Made by a program: the position numbers and the translations under genes
From: Paramecium tetraurelia
Lineage: Eukaryota
Length of the DNA stretch: 64,000 nucleotides
Reading direction: 5' to 3'
Assembly: GCA_000165425.1 (NCBI GenBank)
Contig: CT868052.1
Coordinates: forward strand, 1 to 64,000
Shown here: one piece after another, positions 17,249 through 31,230 of the stretch
Position numbering within the stretch: position 1 is the first letter of the stretch
How the letters are laid out: the number at the start of each line of letters is the position of its first letter
The notes under the pieces: generated by a model
Seen by the model: the letters and a program-made list of their open reading frames with translations, nothing else
The model's database searches: none
Told to the model about the DNA's origin: nothing

Positions 17249-17305
17249 TTACACTTTTATTTATGACGTACGATTTTTAATATCTGTGTATGTAAATAAT
17301 ATTCA

Positions 17306-18709
17306 TCAATCTGAAAAATCTGAACTAAACAATACAAACCTTTCAAATTCTTAAATCTTTGGCGACTCTTCTGGTGATACTGAAACTAAATTCTATACTT
17401 AACATTGGGTTTGTGGCGACCTATCTTACTCAAAGAATTTCAGATCTTCTTCTTTCTTAAATATTTTTTTTAAGTTTTCCATTCCTATTTAATTTACCAA
17501 AACCAATTGAACGCGAGATAATTCTTATATAAGATTATTAAATGTGAACTTCGCTCTAGCAATTTCTAGTAATTCATTGTATTTGTGCTTAAATTGTGTT
17601 AACTTAATTTCAACGCCTTTATAACGCACTTCTTTTACCTATCCTAAAAAGTTCTTTGTAATTTAGACTTATTTAAATTGAGGATAATAAATTTCAATTA
17701 TTTGATGCAATATCGCACTCTCCAACATAGTTGTATTAATCATATTGGAAAGTAATTTCAAAAGCATTATCATATTAACAATAGATCCGATTTGAGCCAA
17801 CACCTCTCCTAATTTTGGCATAAGAATAGTCTCATTTGCTTCTATGTTATCAATCCTAAATACAAATGTCCCCAAGGTTTCAAATTCCAGTTGAGAATTC
17901 TCCACAGTCTTTATTGTATCCTAAGCAAATTTCTTTGTTACAGCTTAAGTTATCACTTAATAATCCTTTATCACATCAAAGTATTCAAAGCTATTAAATA
18001 GTATTCCCTTATCAACAGTTGTTCGTTATTTTTATAAGATTACCTATGAATAAAAAGGGCTACTTTCTTCGAAGGCAAAGAATTATGTCTTTTTAATTTC
18101 ATCAAATTCCAAATTCTCATAATTATACTACTACAAATTTATTGACAAAAATAATAAGCCGTGATTGATACTGAAATAATCGTCAATCACTTATTGATCA
18201 GCACAATATCCCCCTTCTTCCATCCAATCTGAGCGGCATTTTGTGAAAAATATAAAATATTACTTAATCTCTTCTTGATCATCTGCTTTTGACCCATCAA
18301 CTTAACTTAAAACTAATTTGCCCTTATCAATTGTTATAACATTTTTATCCCCGTCTACCTATTAGGTGCTATATAGAAATCTAGGCTGAGCAGAAACCAA
18401 TAATCCAGAGATTTCCAACAATACTGGCATGATAATGTTGTTTTACTTTGTGAAGGGATTAATCTGTGTGCTTAAATCGTATAAAGTAAAAGAGATTTCA
18501 CCATTTTCCCATTCATAAGTAGTAACTTTAGGTATTAATTGTCCATTAATCCATTGTTGCATAACATAAACGAAATAAGCTAAGCTTAACATCATTATTA
18601 TGATTGCTATCACCCCGCTTTGAGATGTCTTAAACTGTTCTTGCTGTTTAATGGTTTTCAACTTAATGGGCACACCAAAAATGTCAAACTTTTCTAAAAT
18701 GGCTAACAT
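17306..18709 (-). CDS. Ciliate-expanded two-TM protein with a large extracellular loop (DIFG/KT..G family)
   Basis: MLAILEKFDIFGVPIKL..FKTSQSGVIAIIIMMLSLAYFVYVMQQWINGQLIPKV; second TM region PKLGEVLAQIGSIVNMIMLL; then IIEIYYPQFK. Confidence 0.8.
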
Positions 18710-18774
18710 AATTAAAGACAGTTTCGATAATTTAAAATAATGTATAGTAAAATATCTTGTGCTTATGTAAATAC

Positions 18775-19587
18775 TCAAACTCCGATTATGCTCTCGACAC
18801 CTGCTTGTAATTACGATATCAACTATATTAATTTAGGCTATGTTTGTTCAATAGTTGATTAAGCAATCATCATTTTTGATTATTAACTTGGTTTTGGAAT
18901 ATCTATATTAAATTAAGAATTCTAAGTAATCAGATTTAATACATACTTTTGGTTCTAAACGAATTTGATCATAAATTGCCCTCTTTTTCTTGATGTCAGA
19001 TTCTTCTGGAGGATTGACTAGATTACCTAAATCTACAAATTTTGATTTGATCTACTGAGTTGCAGATGCCAATTTTTCCTTTAATTCTTTCTTTATCCTC
19101 TCATTTTCTTATTACTTTTATTATTGGATTTTTTCTATTGAAGACGCATTACCTAAATTATCGTTTTGCTTAATAGAGTCTTCTTTAAAAGGCTGTTGTT
19201 GTTGATCCTTTATATGCTTTTGTTCTCCTTTAGTCAAAAATTTCTTGAGAGTTGGACACTAATCTGCATCCACAATTTGAAGCAAAGTCTTAAAATAGTT
19301 CTATAATCCAGCCTTTCTGGTAGAAATAAATTCAGGATCAGTATTTTCCAAAAAACTTTTTAGCTGGAAATGAGGGAAGTTGTTGTTTAAGTTCTGAAGA
19401 TAATTGAGTGTGCAAATTATTCAGACTTTTATATCTTTCTTCAAAACTCCATGAGACTTTTGTTTATGTATTTAACACCTGAGATATTAATGCTATATTA
19501 TACTTAAATTTGATAGTAGACAATATCAGACCTGGTTTCAGTGTTCACAATTTTCAATTAATATACTGAGTTATGTGATTTTTACAT
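18775..19587 (-). CDS. PX (Phox homology) domain protein; one apparent +1 frameshift
   Basis: VYYQIQVLNTQTKVSWSFEERYKSLNNLHTQL...LPSFPAKKFFG(N)TDPEFISTRKAGLQNYF is a typical PX consensus. Two tiny introns. Extra A at ~19344-19347. Confidence 0.8.
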
Positions 19588-19856
19588 CTAAATATATAAA
19601 ATTAAAAATAAATATTTAATCTCATCATTAAAGGTTATGAATACACATTGAAAAATTCTGAGATTTCTTAGCTTTTTATCCTTTACATTAAAATTCATCT
19701 TCCAAAACTTAAATCATTCATGTTTATTTTAATTTAAAACATAAGTAATTCAAAAATGAGTAAATACAGAGCTAATAAATCTTTTATTTTACTTTGTAAT
19801 ATCATATTAAAATGAAATTACTCAGATCTATATTTTATAAATAATAAAAAGCTAAA

Positions 19857-21345
19857 ATGGACGTGATTAATAAAGAATCTTTTTTTGATGACCCTGATGC
19901 CCCAGTGTTTTGGAATGTTACTGAGTATCCATCAAAAGATGCAGCGTTGGATTTGCAGGATACTATGTACATAGATTAAAATTCAGAATTACATAAAGGA
20001 ACTCTAGGTATCTCCAATCACTATTTACTTTATTTCAAAAAGCAAGTAAGTTTGGCACAATAACCAATAGGCTGTAAAGAAGTGGGTCAATTTGGATAAT
20101 GCTACAATTGAATATACTAAACATTAGAAGGCAGGACTGGGAATAAAAATAACCAAAAATAAACAATATTTCGAGTTCTTTGGAGATGTAGAACTGTGGT
20201 ACAATTATTTGAAACAATTTTGTATTCAAAGGAACTTTTCACATCATTACACGTTACTGAAAAAGATTGGATAAGGGAATTTTGCAGATGTAAGAGAAAT
20301 TCATATAATCAAGGTGTTCAAAGCTGTAAACAAAAATGATGGTACTGAATATGCAATAAAGTGTTTCAGAAAAGCAAAATTAAATGAAACCGTTGACAGA
20401 TTGGCTATAATCAAGGAAATATCAATTATGAAAAAAATTCAGCATGAATCCATTATTCATTTATATGAGGTTTTTGAAGGAGATGAATTTTTATTTTTAG
20501 TCTTAGAATATTTGAAAGGTGGCGAGTTGCATTAATATATGAAGAAATCCCCTCCATTTTCTGAAGAAAAATGCGCAAAATTCATTTTTAGATTATTGAA
20601 AGCAGTTTCATCTATACATGAAAAAGGAATTTTGCATAGAGATATCAAACCTGAAAATATCATGCTTAGAAACAAAGAGGATGTCGATAATATTTGTATA
20701 GGGGATTTCGGATTGGCTGATTATTATTCGCCAAGTGGATAATACTTATTTACAAGATGTGGCACTCCTGGATACGTTGCTCCAGAACTGCTATAGGATA
20801 AAACCTACGATTTCAAAATTGATATTTATAGTATAGGGATTTTAATGTTTATTCTGATTGCAGGGAAATCACCATTTGATGGTAAGGATTATGATGATGT
20901 TGTGATGAGAAATTATTATGCAAAAGTCAAATTTGAAGAGTGCAAATTAAGTGATATAGGGATGGATCTACTTTAAGGACTAATGAACAAGAATCCTATT
21001 AAGAGATTGACTGCCGAAGAGGCTTTAAGTCATCCTTGGTTTGCTAGTGAAAATCTAACAAAAGTTTGTTAATTCAAAATTAGAAAATCAAACCAACCTA
21101 CATTAAAGAAATTAGCCTATTTTGATACGAACATTAAATAATATTCTGCCATTTCAACTTAATTTAGTCCAAAGAGTTCACTATCCAACCTCAGTCCTTA
21201 TTGTGTAACAAAGTGCAATATTGAGGATAGCCCATAGACACCAAACACTCCATTGATTCTTAAACCCATCAATACTCCTAGAACACCAGCTACGTATAAA
21301 TTACGATAGGTTCGAAGAACTTAAATACCTCTTCAATAATTATGA
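19857..21345 (+). CDS. CaMK-group Ser/Thr kinase with N-terminal PH-like region (intact)
   Basis: [45 protein letters not shown]; two introns including 20290-20313. Confidence 0.95.
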
Positions 21346-21461
21346 TTTAAATTTATTTATACAAGTAATTGTTCTGTTAATTATGTGATTTATCAAACTG
21401 TATGGTACAAAATTGATTATTATTAATAATAATAATAAAAATTTTAAATTAATTTTAAGTT

Positions 21462-22731
21462 ATGTGTGAAGATTTGAATCCAAGGTAATTTTAAGTTTGT
21501 TATATTTAATATTTAGATGAAGTAGCCTATTTGAGCAGAAAATTATATATTAAGAAAAAAACATATAAACTTTAAGATCAGTATTTATATTATAAAAATA
21601 AAATAAAAATGTAAGCAGTGAATATATAATTAGAAAAAAATAGTTTGGATTAACTATGAAAATGGTAATATAGAGTTGATCTCTGATTCTGAATTGGGAA
21701 TGAGAGTTCGTTTAAAAAACTGTTTTGATAAAGTTGAATTTATCAGCGATGCTAATAATTGGTATATATTTATGAAAATGTTTGCAATCTAATGTGATTT
21801 CTCTTGTTATTATATTATACTCTTACAGTTATGAATCATAATTTTAAATGATTTTATTTTATTTACATATAATAATTGACCATTCATAGTATCAAGAAAC
21901 TGAACAAAGTGAAATTTGGAGATTAATTTAGGGGGAAAATAAATAGATAGTTGAAAATATATTATCAAAATATATTAAAATCGTTTATCTTTGATGATGA
22001 AGAGAAAAAATCATTTTATAAAGAAATATCAGTGATTCTTCAATTATCAACAGATTTAACAACAAGGTTTTATGAACTATTCGGAAGTCCAGATCAAATA
22101 TATGTTACAAGAATATGTTTAAAAGAATCCTTTCTTTTCAGAAAAAGACTGCCAAGGCCATCTTTAGAATAATTAAAATAGTTGCCTATCTTCATTCTAA
22201 GAAAATCATGCATAGAGACATAAACTAGAAAATTTTATCTTTAAATAATTAGAAAATTTAGAGGGTTTATGTTTAACAGATTTCAAATTAGCTGAATTCT
22301 TTGATGATGAAGGAAACTACTAATATAAAAGATATGGAACCTTTGGATGTGTTGCTCCTGAATTAAAATGAGTATTTTTGCATTAGATTTGCTTAAGGGT
22401 CTTCTAAAATTAGATCCTTAAGAAATACTTTCATCTCAATAAGCATTAAATCATAAGTGGTTTTATAGAGAAAACTAATTAGGGAATTACAATTATAAAT
22501 CAAGTCTAAATTGTAACATCAACATAATCCATAAAATTTAATGACATCATTAAAGAATTCATTCCCATTTTTACTAGTAAATTCTGTTCCTCAACTTCTA
22601 GTCCATTAAGTTTCAGACTAAAAACATAGCCAAGTTCTTCACCCTTTGAGAGAGTTTTTCTGCCTGAAATATCAAGAAGAACACCAAACTTACTTCCTTC
22701 AAATTCGATAATTAATGGAGGAATTAAATGA
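21462..22731 (+). pseudogene. Degenerate tandem paralogue of the upstream kinase
   Basis: Recognisable HSKKIMHRDI followed by a frameshift, CLTDFKLA (DFG changed to DFK), then RYGTFGCVAPELK followed by TGA. Subdomains IX-X appear missing and ALNHKWF persists downstream. Confidence 0.8.
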
Positions 22732-22874
22732 GAAATTACAATTACAATTCTCTTTCAATTCTTATTATTTTTATAAATATTTTAATTATTGATAATATAA
22801 ATAGTTCATTAAAAGTTATTTGGAGGAATTTTACTTTGTTCACATTATTATTTAATTGAATCTTTTAATTAAAA

Positions 22875-23408
22875 ATGGGTATAGTTTGTGGTTAACCTCT
22901 GAAATCTAAGTCATTAGAGTTCCATACTTCAAGACCTTTGACTCAGTCAATAAAACAAGACTAGGAAAATGTTGAATTCGAGGATCAGGATCAGTGTTTT
23001 TGCCCATCCTTAACTAAGAATTATATTTTAAATCCTAAGTTTCTTTTTACAGAGGAATCTAAATGTGAAAGGGAAGAATAGCGCCTAAACACTGATATTA
23101 ACAGAAATTCTTCACTATTATCCTTAGGTATTTAAAGTGAACCTAATAATTTAAATGAAATACAAGGAAAACAAAAAAACTAAAATAAATTAAAGCCAGA
23201 CATCTAAAATTCTAAAAGAATGAGTTTGGAATAGAGGTTTAAAATTGCAACGTCCCCTTCGTAATGCAGGAAGCGTAATAACAATACTCCTAAAAGTCCA
23301 TTAACAGCAATGCTCTAAACGAACAACAATTCAACAAAGCAAAAAGAATAACTGATTCTAACTAAGGGAAAGCGAAAATTATCCAATAGAGACCAAAAAC
23401 TATTATGA
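22875..23408 (+). CDS. Hypothetical low-complexity protein (177 aa) with an MGxxC N-terminus
   Basis: Continuous ciliate-code ORF MGIVCGQPLKSKSLEFHTSRP...KLSNRDQKLL*, 534 nt. Confidence 0.65.
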
Positions 23409-23877
23409 AGAGGAAGGTTATGAATAATTCAAAATACTTAATATATTTATCTTCCTTTATAATAACAAATCTCCATTTTAGTATATCTATTTTTATCAAT
23501 TTATCTAAGGATTGCTTTTTCTTATTTCTCTGCTAATATTTTAGTTATATTTCCTCATATAATACTCAGACATGGTCTTTCGTGACAGCTTACATATATT
23601 AAATTTCATTTTTAGAAAATCATTTATGATTAATTTATAATTTGCTGATATATAATTTATATATATATCTAAATAATTCAAATTGTAAATAATCAACATT
23701 TTCAGCGAATCAACTATTCTGAACTACCATCAATTTATTATTAAACCAAAAATTAAAATCTACGTCTCTATTTATTCAGTCTTATATTTGAATGAATATA
23801 TAAAATTATCTAATATTTCAATAAATGAATGACGCATAATAAACATAAATTTATCTATATAGATTAAAATAATTAGT

Positions 23878-25102
23878 TCAAGAAATCTATTGTTCTTGGA
23901 TAAAAGATTTCACAACATTCAATTTAGTCTAAATAATTATTTATACTTTTTTGATGATATCGATTTCCCTGCTTCTTTAAATTGTATTTTATTAATATTA
24001 GACTAATAATTCTTAGCATTGTCCTCTTCTTTACTTCATACCTGCCTTGGAGGCTACAAATTCAGCTTAGGCGTCACTTCCTCTTTTTTATTATTGGTCT
24101 CTAGTCCTTATGGTGTCCTGTAATGATTCATCATCTGCTGCTTTTTCTCTAGTCAAAGCCTACATGGCATTAAATATTTCATTTAGAGTAACATCATTAT
24201 CCTAATCGCTTAATAAACAATGAGTACTCTAATGGCTTGCTCCTCTAATGCAGTCTCTTCATCGACTGAAGTTATTAAAGAGTCCCTTACAACTTCCATT
24301 TTTTCAATTATGGTTTGAATAGACCTTGAATCCATCATGGAGGTAACCTGAACCAAAGCTAAAATTGGATTAGAAGGACCACTATTAGCTAATTACACAA
24401 AAGAATTTGCAAAGGCTTCTTCTTAAACAAAGGACTGCTCTAATTAGATTAATTTATACTTCTGCATCACTCAATTAAACTTTATCATATAACTCATGCA
24501 TTTTTGGGAGCATGACTTGAAATGCGTTTATCATTTCTTTCAGCTAACCCAATCTTTTATTATAATTGGCTGATTATTTCAATCTCAAATCTCGTAAAGA
24601 ATTTTCAGCCCCTTAAAAAGTCTAAATTATCTTAGGCTTATTACATCTATCTAGGATTGTTTGAGGTCCAGTTCACTTGTATAATCTTCAATATCTGATT
24701 CTAATCTTCCTACTTTGAATTCAACATCATTAATTTCATTGACTGCTAATTATATCCTCTAACTATAACTGTCCATATCGGATTTGCATTATGACTAGAT
24801 GGCTGCATTAGATCCGTCTTATTAAATTTATTTTCCCTTTTGATAGATGCATAATCTACTTCAAGATCACTCTTCAAATTTGTCAATAAAGAAACTATAC
24901 TATCGATACCCTCTCCACTTTTTATTTGCAATGCCACTGTTTATAAAACCTTAGCTCCTAATGGATTCTCTACAATTTCCTCTAATTCATCAAAACTGGG
25001 GTCATTATGTAAAATTTCTTGATTCGCTTGAAATTGCTCGTCATCCTTCCTTCTTACTGCTCTTATTCCGATGAATACAATAAATAGAAGAAGAGTTTTC
25101 AT
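23878..25102 (-). CDS. Trichocyst matrix protein-like precursor (coiled-coil, secreted)
   Basis: Signal peptide MKTLLLFIVFIGIRA; ELEEIVENPLGAKVLQTVALQIKSGEGIDSIVSLLTNLKSDLE; two halves each with a conserved-looking Cys (QCKSD, QCQELL); C-terminal RSREIDIIKKVQIIIQTKL. This matches the organisation of Paramecium TMP-family precursors. Confidence 0.72.
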
Positions 25103-25211
25103 TACTTATGAAAACGGATTATAATAATAAAATAAATATATAATATTTCTTATTGGTTTTGGAAATCAACAATTAGACTATTATCCTAGATAACTATTCA
25201 GACAACATTAA

Positions 25212-26095
25212 AATGATACTTTGTAGTAAATTATACTTATTTTTCTACACACGTATGTAAGTAGGGTACTAGAAATATAAACTTAGAAGTTCAATTATAT
25301 AGACCTTTATGAAATTTAATCAATCAATTATAAAGAAGTTGGGTTTATTTTCTTTAGTAGTTTTTAAGCGCCATTTCATATAACGATAAAAATCTACTGA
25401 AATATGGGCAAGTAATGGTTTTGACTTTTTAGTGTAGGACATTATCATACTCTTGCATCCATCTTAATTCGTAATAGCATTAAGATAAATTCAAATTTTT
25501 GGTTGCTGCCATATATCTTTATAGGATATAGAGTAAGACCTCAACCTTTGAATCCTCAGGTTTAATTAAATTTACAAAGTGAGCTATTTAGCTTTAAGAG
25601 CGAGCTTACAAGAAGATTTCCACAATTTGTAGATCCAACTTTCCGATTAAGATGAACTTCAACCAAGGCATTTTACAATTGACTATCCGATCAATCGTTG
25701 AAAATGTCTAATAGTAATGGAAGTTCTAGTGTTTCTAATCTGATTATTAATACTTTAAGTTTTATTCAATCGAGTCTAACAATTCAACATCAAGTTCACC
25801 ACCACTTAGTATGCTATCTACATTTTCAGGAATGAATTTGGACTGCAAAATAGCTGGAGACATATGTTCAGATTTAATTAAAGATTATTGGGTTTCATAT
25901 TTGATTTGAATAGCAGCAGTAATCAATTTTTAAATAAATGGATTTGCCTTGATGATATTTTTTTAATAGACTTTTGATATCAATATATAGCGATCTGTAA
26001 ATGAATCAATAGAAGAGCCAAATATTGATACTATGTAATTAGAATAGACATATTCAATAATTAGATATAGTAATTTGAAAAAACAGCTTAATTGA
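25212..26095 (+). CDS. Hypothetical protein (multi-intron, boundaries uncertain)
   Basis: Long protein-like frames (..ICRSNFPIKMNFNQGILQLTIRSIVENVQQQWKFQCF..SSSPPLSMLSTFSGMNLDCKIAGDICSDLIKDYW) with candidate tiny introns. Confidence 0.4.
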
Positions 26096-26099
26096 TCTA

Positions 26100-26705
26100 A
26101 AAATGTAGTGGCTAATTATTTATTTTCCTAAAACTATCTAATTATATTTTAATCGATATTTTTGCTTTGAGATGTGTTTTGATCTGGCAATTATTTCCCT
26201 TGAAACCTATGATTGTCTGACAAAGTGCGTTTGATTGAGATATTTTTATTTAATTGAGCATTTATTCTAATATCTCCTGCCTTATAAGCCGAAATAGGTT
26301 TTGATTATTAATTTTGACCCATTTCAAAGAGTTCATTGAGAAATTAACTATAATGAAAGATTAGTTAATTATAAATATGTTTTTCTTTTTGTGCAATGTC
26401 CCTAGAGATTTTGTTCGATATAACTTATTTTTCTTCTTCAGTTGGGTATTTTCCTTTAATAGATGAATCCAACATTTTTTAATTCATAAATTTCGAAAAT
26501 GTCTGTATGTCTTTTTCAACTATATTCTAATTAGGACCTAAGAGTATACCTTATGAAATTATTTAAAGTACAAGTCCTGGCATTACTCTATAAATTATGT
26601 ATTCGTTTAAATTAAAATCTGAAAAACATTTTTCCCCTTAATAGACTTTCTAAGAGTTGGTAAATCAGATTAAGGAGTCTCTTCTTTATGGCAATAATTT
26701 CCCAT
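26100..26705 (-). CDS. Hypothetical protein with an MGNxC N-terminus (3' end uncertain)
   Basis: Starts MGNYCHKEETPQSDLPTLRKSIKGKN; protein-like downstream frames. Confidence 0.45.
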
Positions 26706-26786
26706 ATAAATTAAAATATAATATATTTAATATAGAATCAGTAAAAATTAATACACATTCAAACGCGAGATAGAATACAGATATAT

Positions 26787-28543
<1,757 letters not shown>

Positions 28544-29164
28544 TTAATTTAATTAATACATCTATTTGAGTAAAATTTTTGCTTTAAAGATTTGATGTAT
28601 TTTGATTTTAATTACTCTCTTTTTTTAATAATTGGATATTAACAAAAAATGAATAACGAAAGATGGAAGTTCATTTCTCTTCCTTAATCTACAAATCAAT
28701 TTCAATTACTTCTAATTTTATAGGAACTTAGAATATTAATTAATTTAGAGAAAATTTCTAAAGTTAATTTAACCCAAGTATTCTCTTTTCTATTAGAAAA
28801 GAGAAGCATTATAGGAATTAAAATAAATGATTGAATAAATTATGAAAGAGATTATAATACAATCTCTATATATAGATAGAGTAATTATAAAAGTTTCAAA
28901 TATGGATTTTTAATATAATTCATATATTACGTATATGTTCAGATTATTTGAGAAAATGAAATTGAAATATTCTAATCCACTACAATCTTTAATAAACGAT
29001 TCCTTTGCTATTTAAAAAAGTAAGCTTAACCCTCTTTTGTATTTTAACATTGATAATTTAAGAATATATTTCATGTCAACTGCTAAGTTAGAAAATTATG
29101 AGAGTTTTTCCAATAATATAGCAAAATAATATATTTAGATACTGAGACCATAATGATCAGAATA

Positions 29165-29236
29165 GGATCTATCGTATAGTGGTTAGTACCTGAGGCTCTA
29201 ACCCTCAAGACCTTGGTTCGAGTCCAAGTAGGTCCT
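29165..29236 (+). tRNA. tRNA-Gln with CUA anticodon (decodes the reassigned UAG codon)
   Basis: 72-nt cloverleaf: acceptor stem GGATCTA/TAGGTCC, D-arm A box TAGTGGTTAGT, anticodon stem TGAGG/CCTCA with loop CT-CTA-AC (anticodon 29198-29200), T-loop GGTTCGAGTCC, followed by an oligo-T terminator. Gln identity is inferred from the code used in the window. Confidence 0.95.
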
Positions 29237-29743
29237 TTTTTTAATTTGTATTTTTTTGAATAATAATTTTAACATATAATCAGATGTAAGTAGTATATGT
29301 ATCTTACTATTACAAAAATCAATCATTTTACAATTTATTTAAGTGGACTTAGTTAAGCATCATCCTAATTCAAAGTAGAATTTTCTGGATTAAATCAAAT
29401 AGAGTGGCATTAATTTGAACTTAATTTATGTCATTTGCAGTTTCAAGTCTAACTTCAAAGGAGAATTAAGGAATTTCTTACATTTGATTGAAGAACTATT
29501 AAAAGAAAAAGTAAAGGATGAGAAACGAAAAGAACAAAAAATATATTGAATAGTAGAGAAATATTGAAGAATAATATAAAGATATCTAGAACACCATATA
29601 AAGTGGATGAGAATAACAATAATGGTAAAAGGATTTGAATTGGATATGGTATTTTTAGAAAGAGAACTTAATTAGCATTAAAATAAATTAGAATAAAATC
29701 AAAGTAAGGAAAAATGTTCATTTTTTTTAATTAATATAGGAAA

Positions 29744-31230
29744 TCAATTTATTGAGTCATTGCTTTATTCATTATGATTATTAAAATTTAAGGTTCTCTT
29801 TTATCTGCTACCTCTTCTAAACATTAAATGAGTTTTTGGAGGTTCAAAATAATCGCTATTTAAATTAGGCTTTTCCTGTGGACTTTTAGATATGATATTA
29901 AATTGTTTTCTAATTGGAATCACTTTTACTTCTTTAGCTACTTTTGGAGACATTTAAGTTTACTTTGAACTAATTCTGAACATAGCCTAATTCTAATTTA
30001 ATGTTCCTAGAAATTATATAGGAATATTTCTATTAGACATCTGGTTTTCTCTATCAAAAAATGGATGTTGCAACAATTATTAACAAGTTCTAAATTTGGA
30101 TCCTTAGTTAAAAATTATAGTTAAAAAATCAAAACATTAATCTGATAAAGGAGGATCAAGGAATTAAAAATCTGTAGTTCCTTAAAATTTATTCATTAGA
30201 GCATCACCTAATGCTTAATCAAAATGCATTTGATTCCCTGTCAACAAATTATGCATCACAATTCCCAAGGCAAGGACATCAAGTTTGATATAATATTATC
30301 TCTGTTTCTCAACATTTACTTATAAATATTGATAATCATCTTGTTCCAAATTCGTATGTTACTCAGCATGAGTGAGACCAATTAAACAGGGATTAGATAA
30401 ATCATCCTTCTATTTAAGAATAACGTTTGAAGTACAAATTTATTTATGATATATTTTGAGATCATGTAGATACTAGACTGCTTGAAAGAGAGGTTTCATG
30501 ACAATTAACACTTACTCTTCTTTTAGAGGTTGTGAGTTTTGGAAAAATTGTGAGAGTTTCTATCCTTTTAAGTATTCCTCTAACATATAAATATGATTGT
30601 TGCTTTCAAAAATTTCGTAAAAGTGGAGTAAATTAGGATGTTCTAGTTGCCGAATTATTTTCAACTCTTTTAAAAATTTCTTTGATTCATAATTATTTGT
30701 CAACAATCTTTTTTTATCAAATACCTTAACAGCAAATTCCTATTTGCTTACTTTATTCTTTGCCCTATATACCTATCAATTAAATTAAAACGAAATATAC
30801 TATTGTTGAATATCCTTCTCCTAATTTGTTAAAGAGTTAATACTTCTAACCAAAATCTAGTTAGATAGTGTGCTTCTTTATTAAATTTATCCATTCATCC
30901 AATTACCCAAACATTTCAAAACTTGCCCCATTTTTACTAAGCCTAACTCCAAACAGTCCCGTCTTTGGATGAACTATTTTCTGCATACAAACATCTGTCA
31001 AATTTATGTATTTCTAATTAAGTACAGAATTTCATTACATCTTCTCCTAATTTAATAAAATTTTGGCATATTGACAACTATTTGATTATTAACCTGTTTT
31101 GATGACTAATTTAAAATTCACTTGAATATTGAGCTATAAATGGATCAGGACAAGATTTTTGAAATAAAGAAGTATGATTATTGAAAAAGGAATCAACTGA
31201 ACAAATTTATAAAAGTTGTTGCTTTATCAT
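29744..31230 (-). CDS. Pseudokinase of the same PH-like/CaMK family (open frame, catalytic motifs lost)
   Basis: LGEGYSTIVY and FAVK are retained. HRD is replaced by YHKQICTSN and DFG by CLIGLTH, and there is no GT..Y.APE. DVLALG is retained. Two canonical introns. Confidence 0.85.

Noticed and set aside
17262..17275. TGACGTA CRE-like motif upstream of ALDH7 (TGACGT also near 8690)
   Set aside because: Short motif with too few occurrences and no support for function.
16420..19360. Euplotes-type programmed +1 ribosomal frameshifting at the ALDH7 and PX sites
   Set aside because: That mechanism needs a stop codon directly after the shift codon (typically AAA-TAR). These sites lack a shared motif, TAR is sense here, and all three are run extensions typical of sequencing error.
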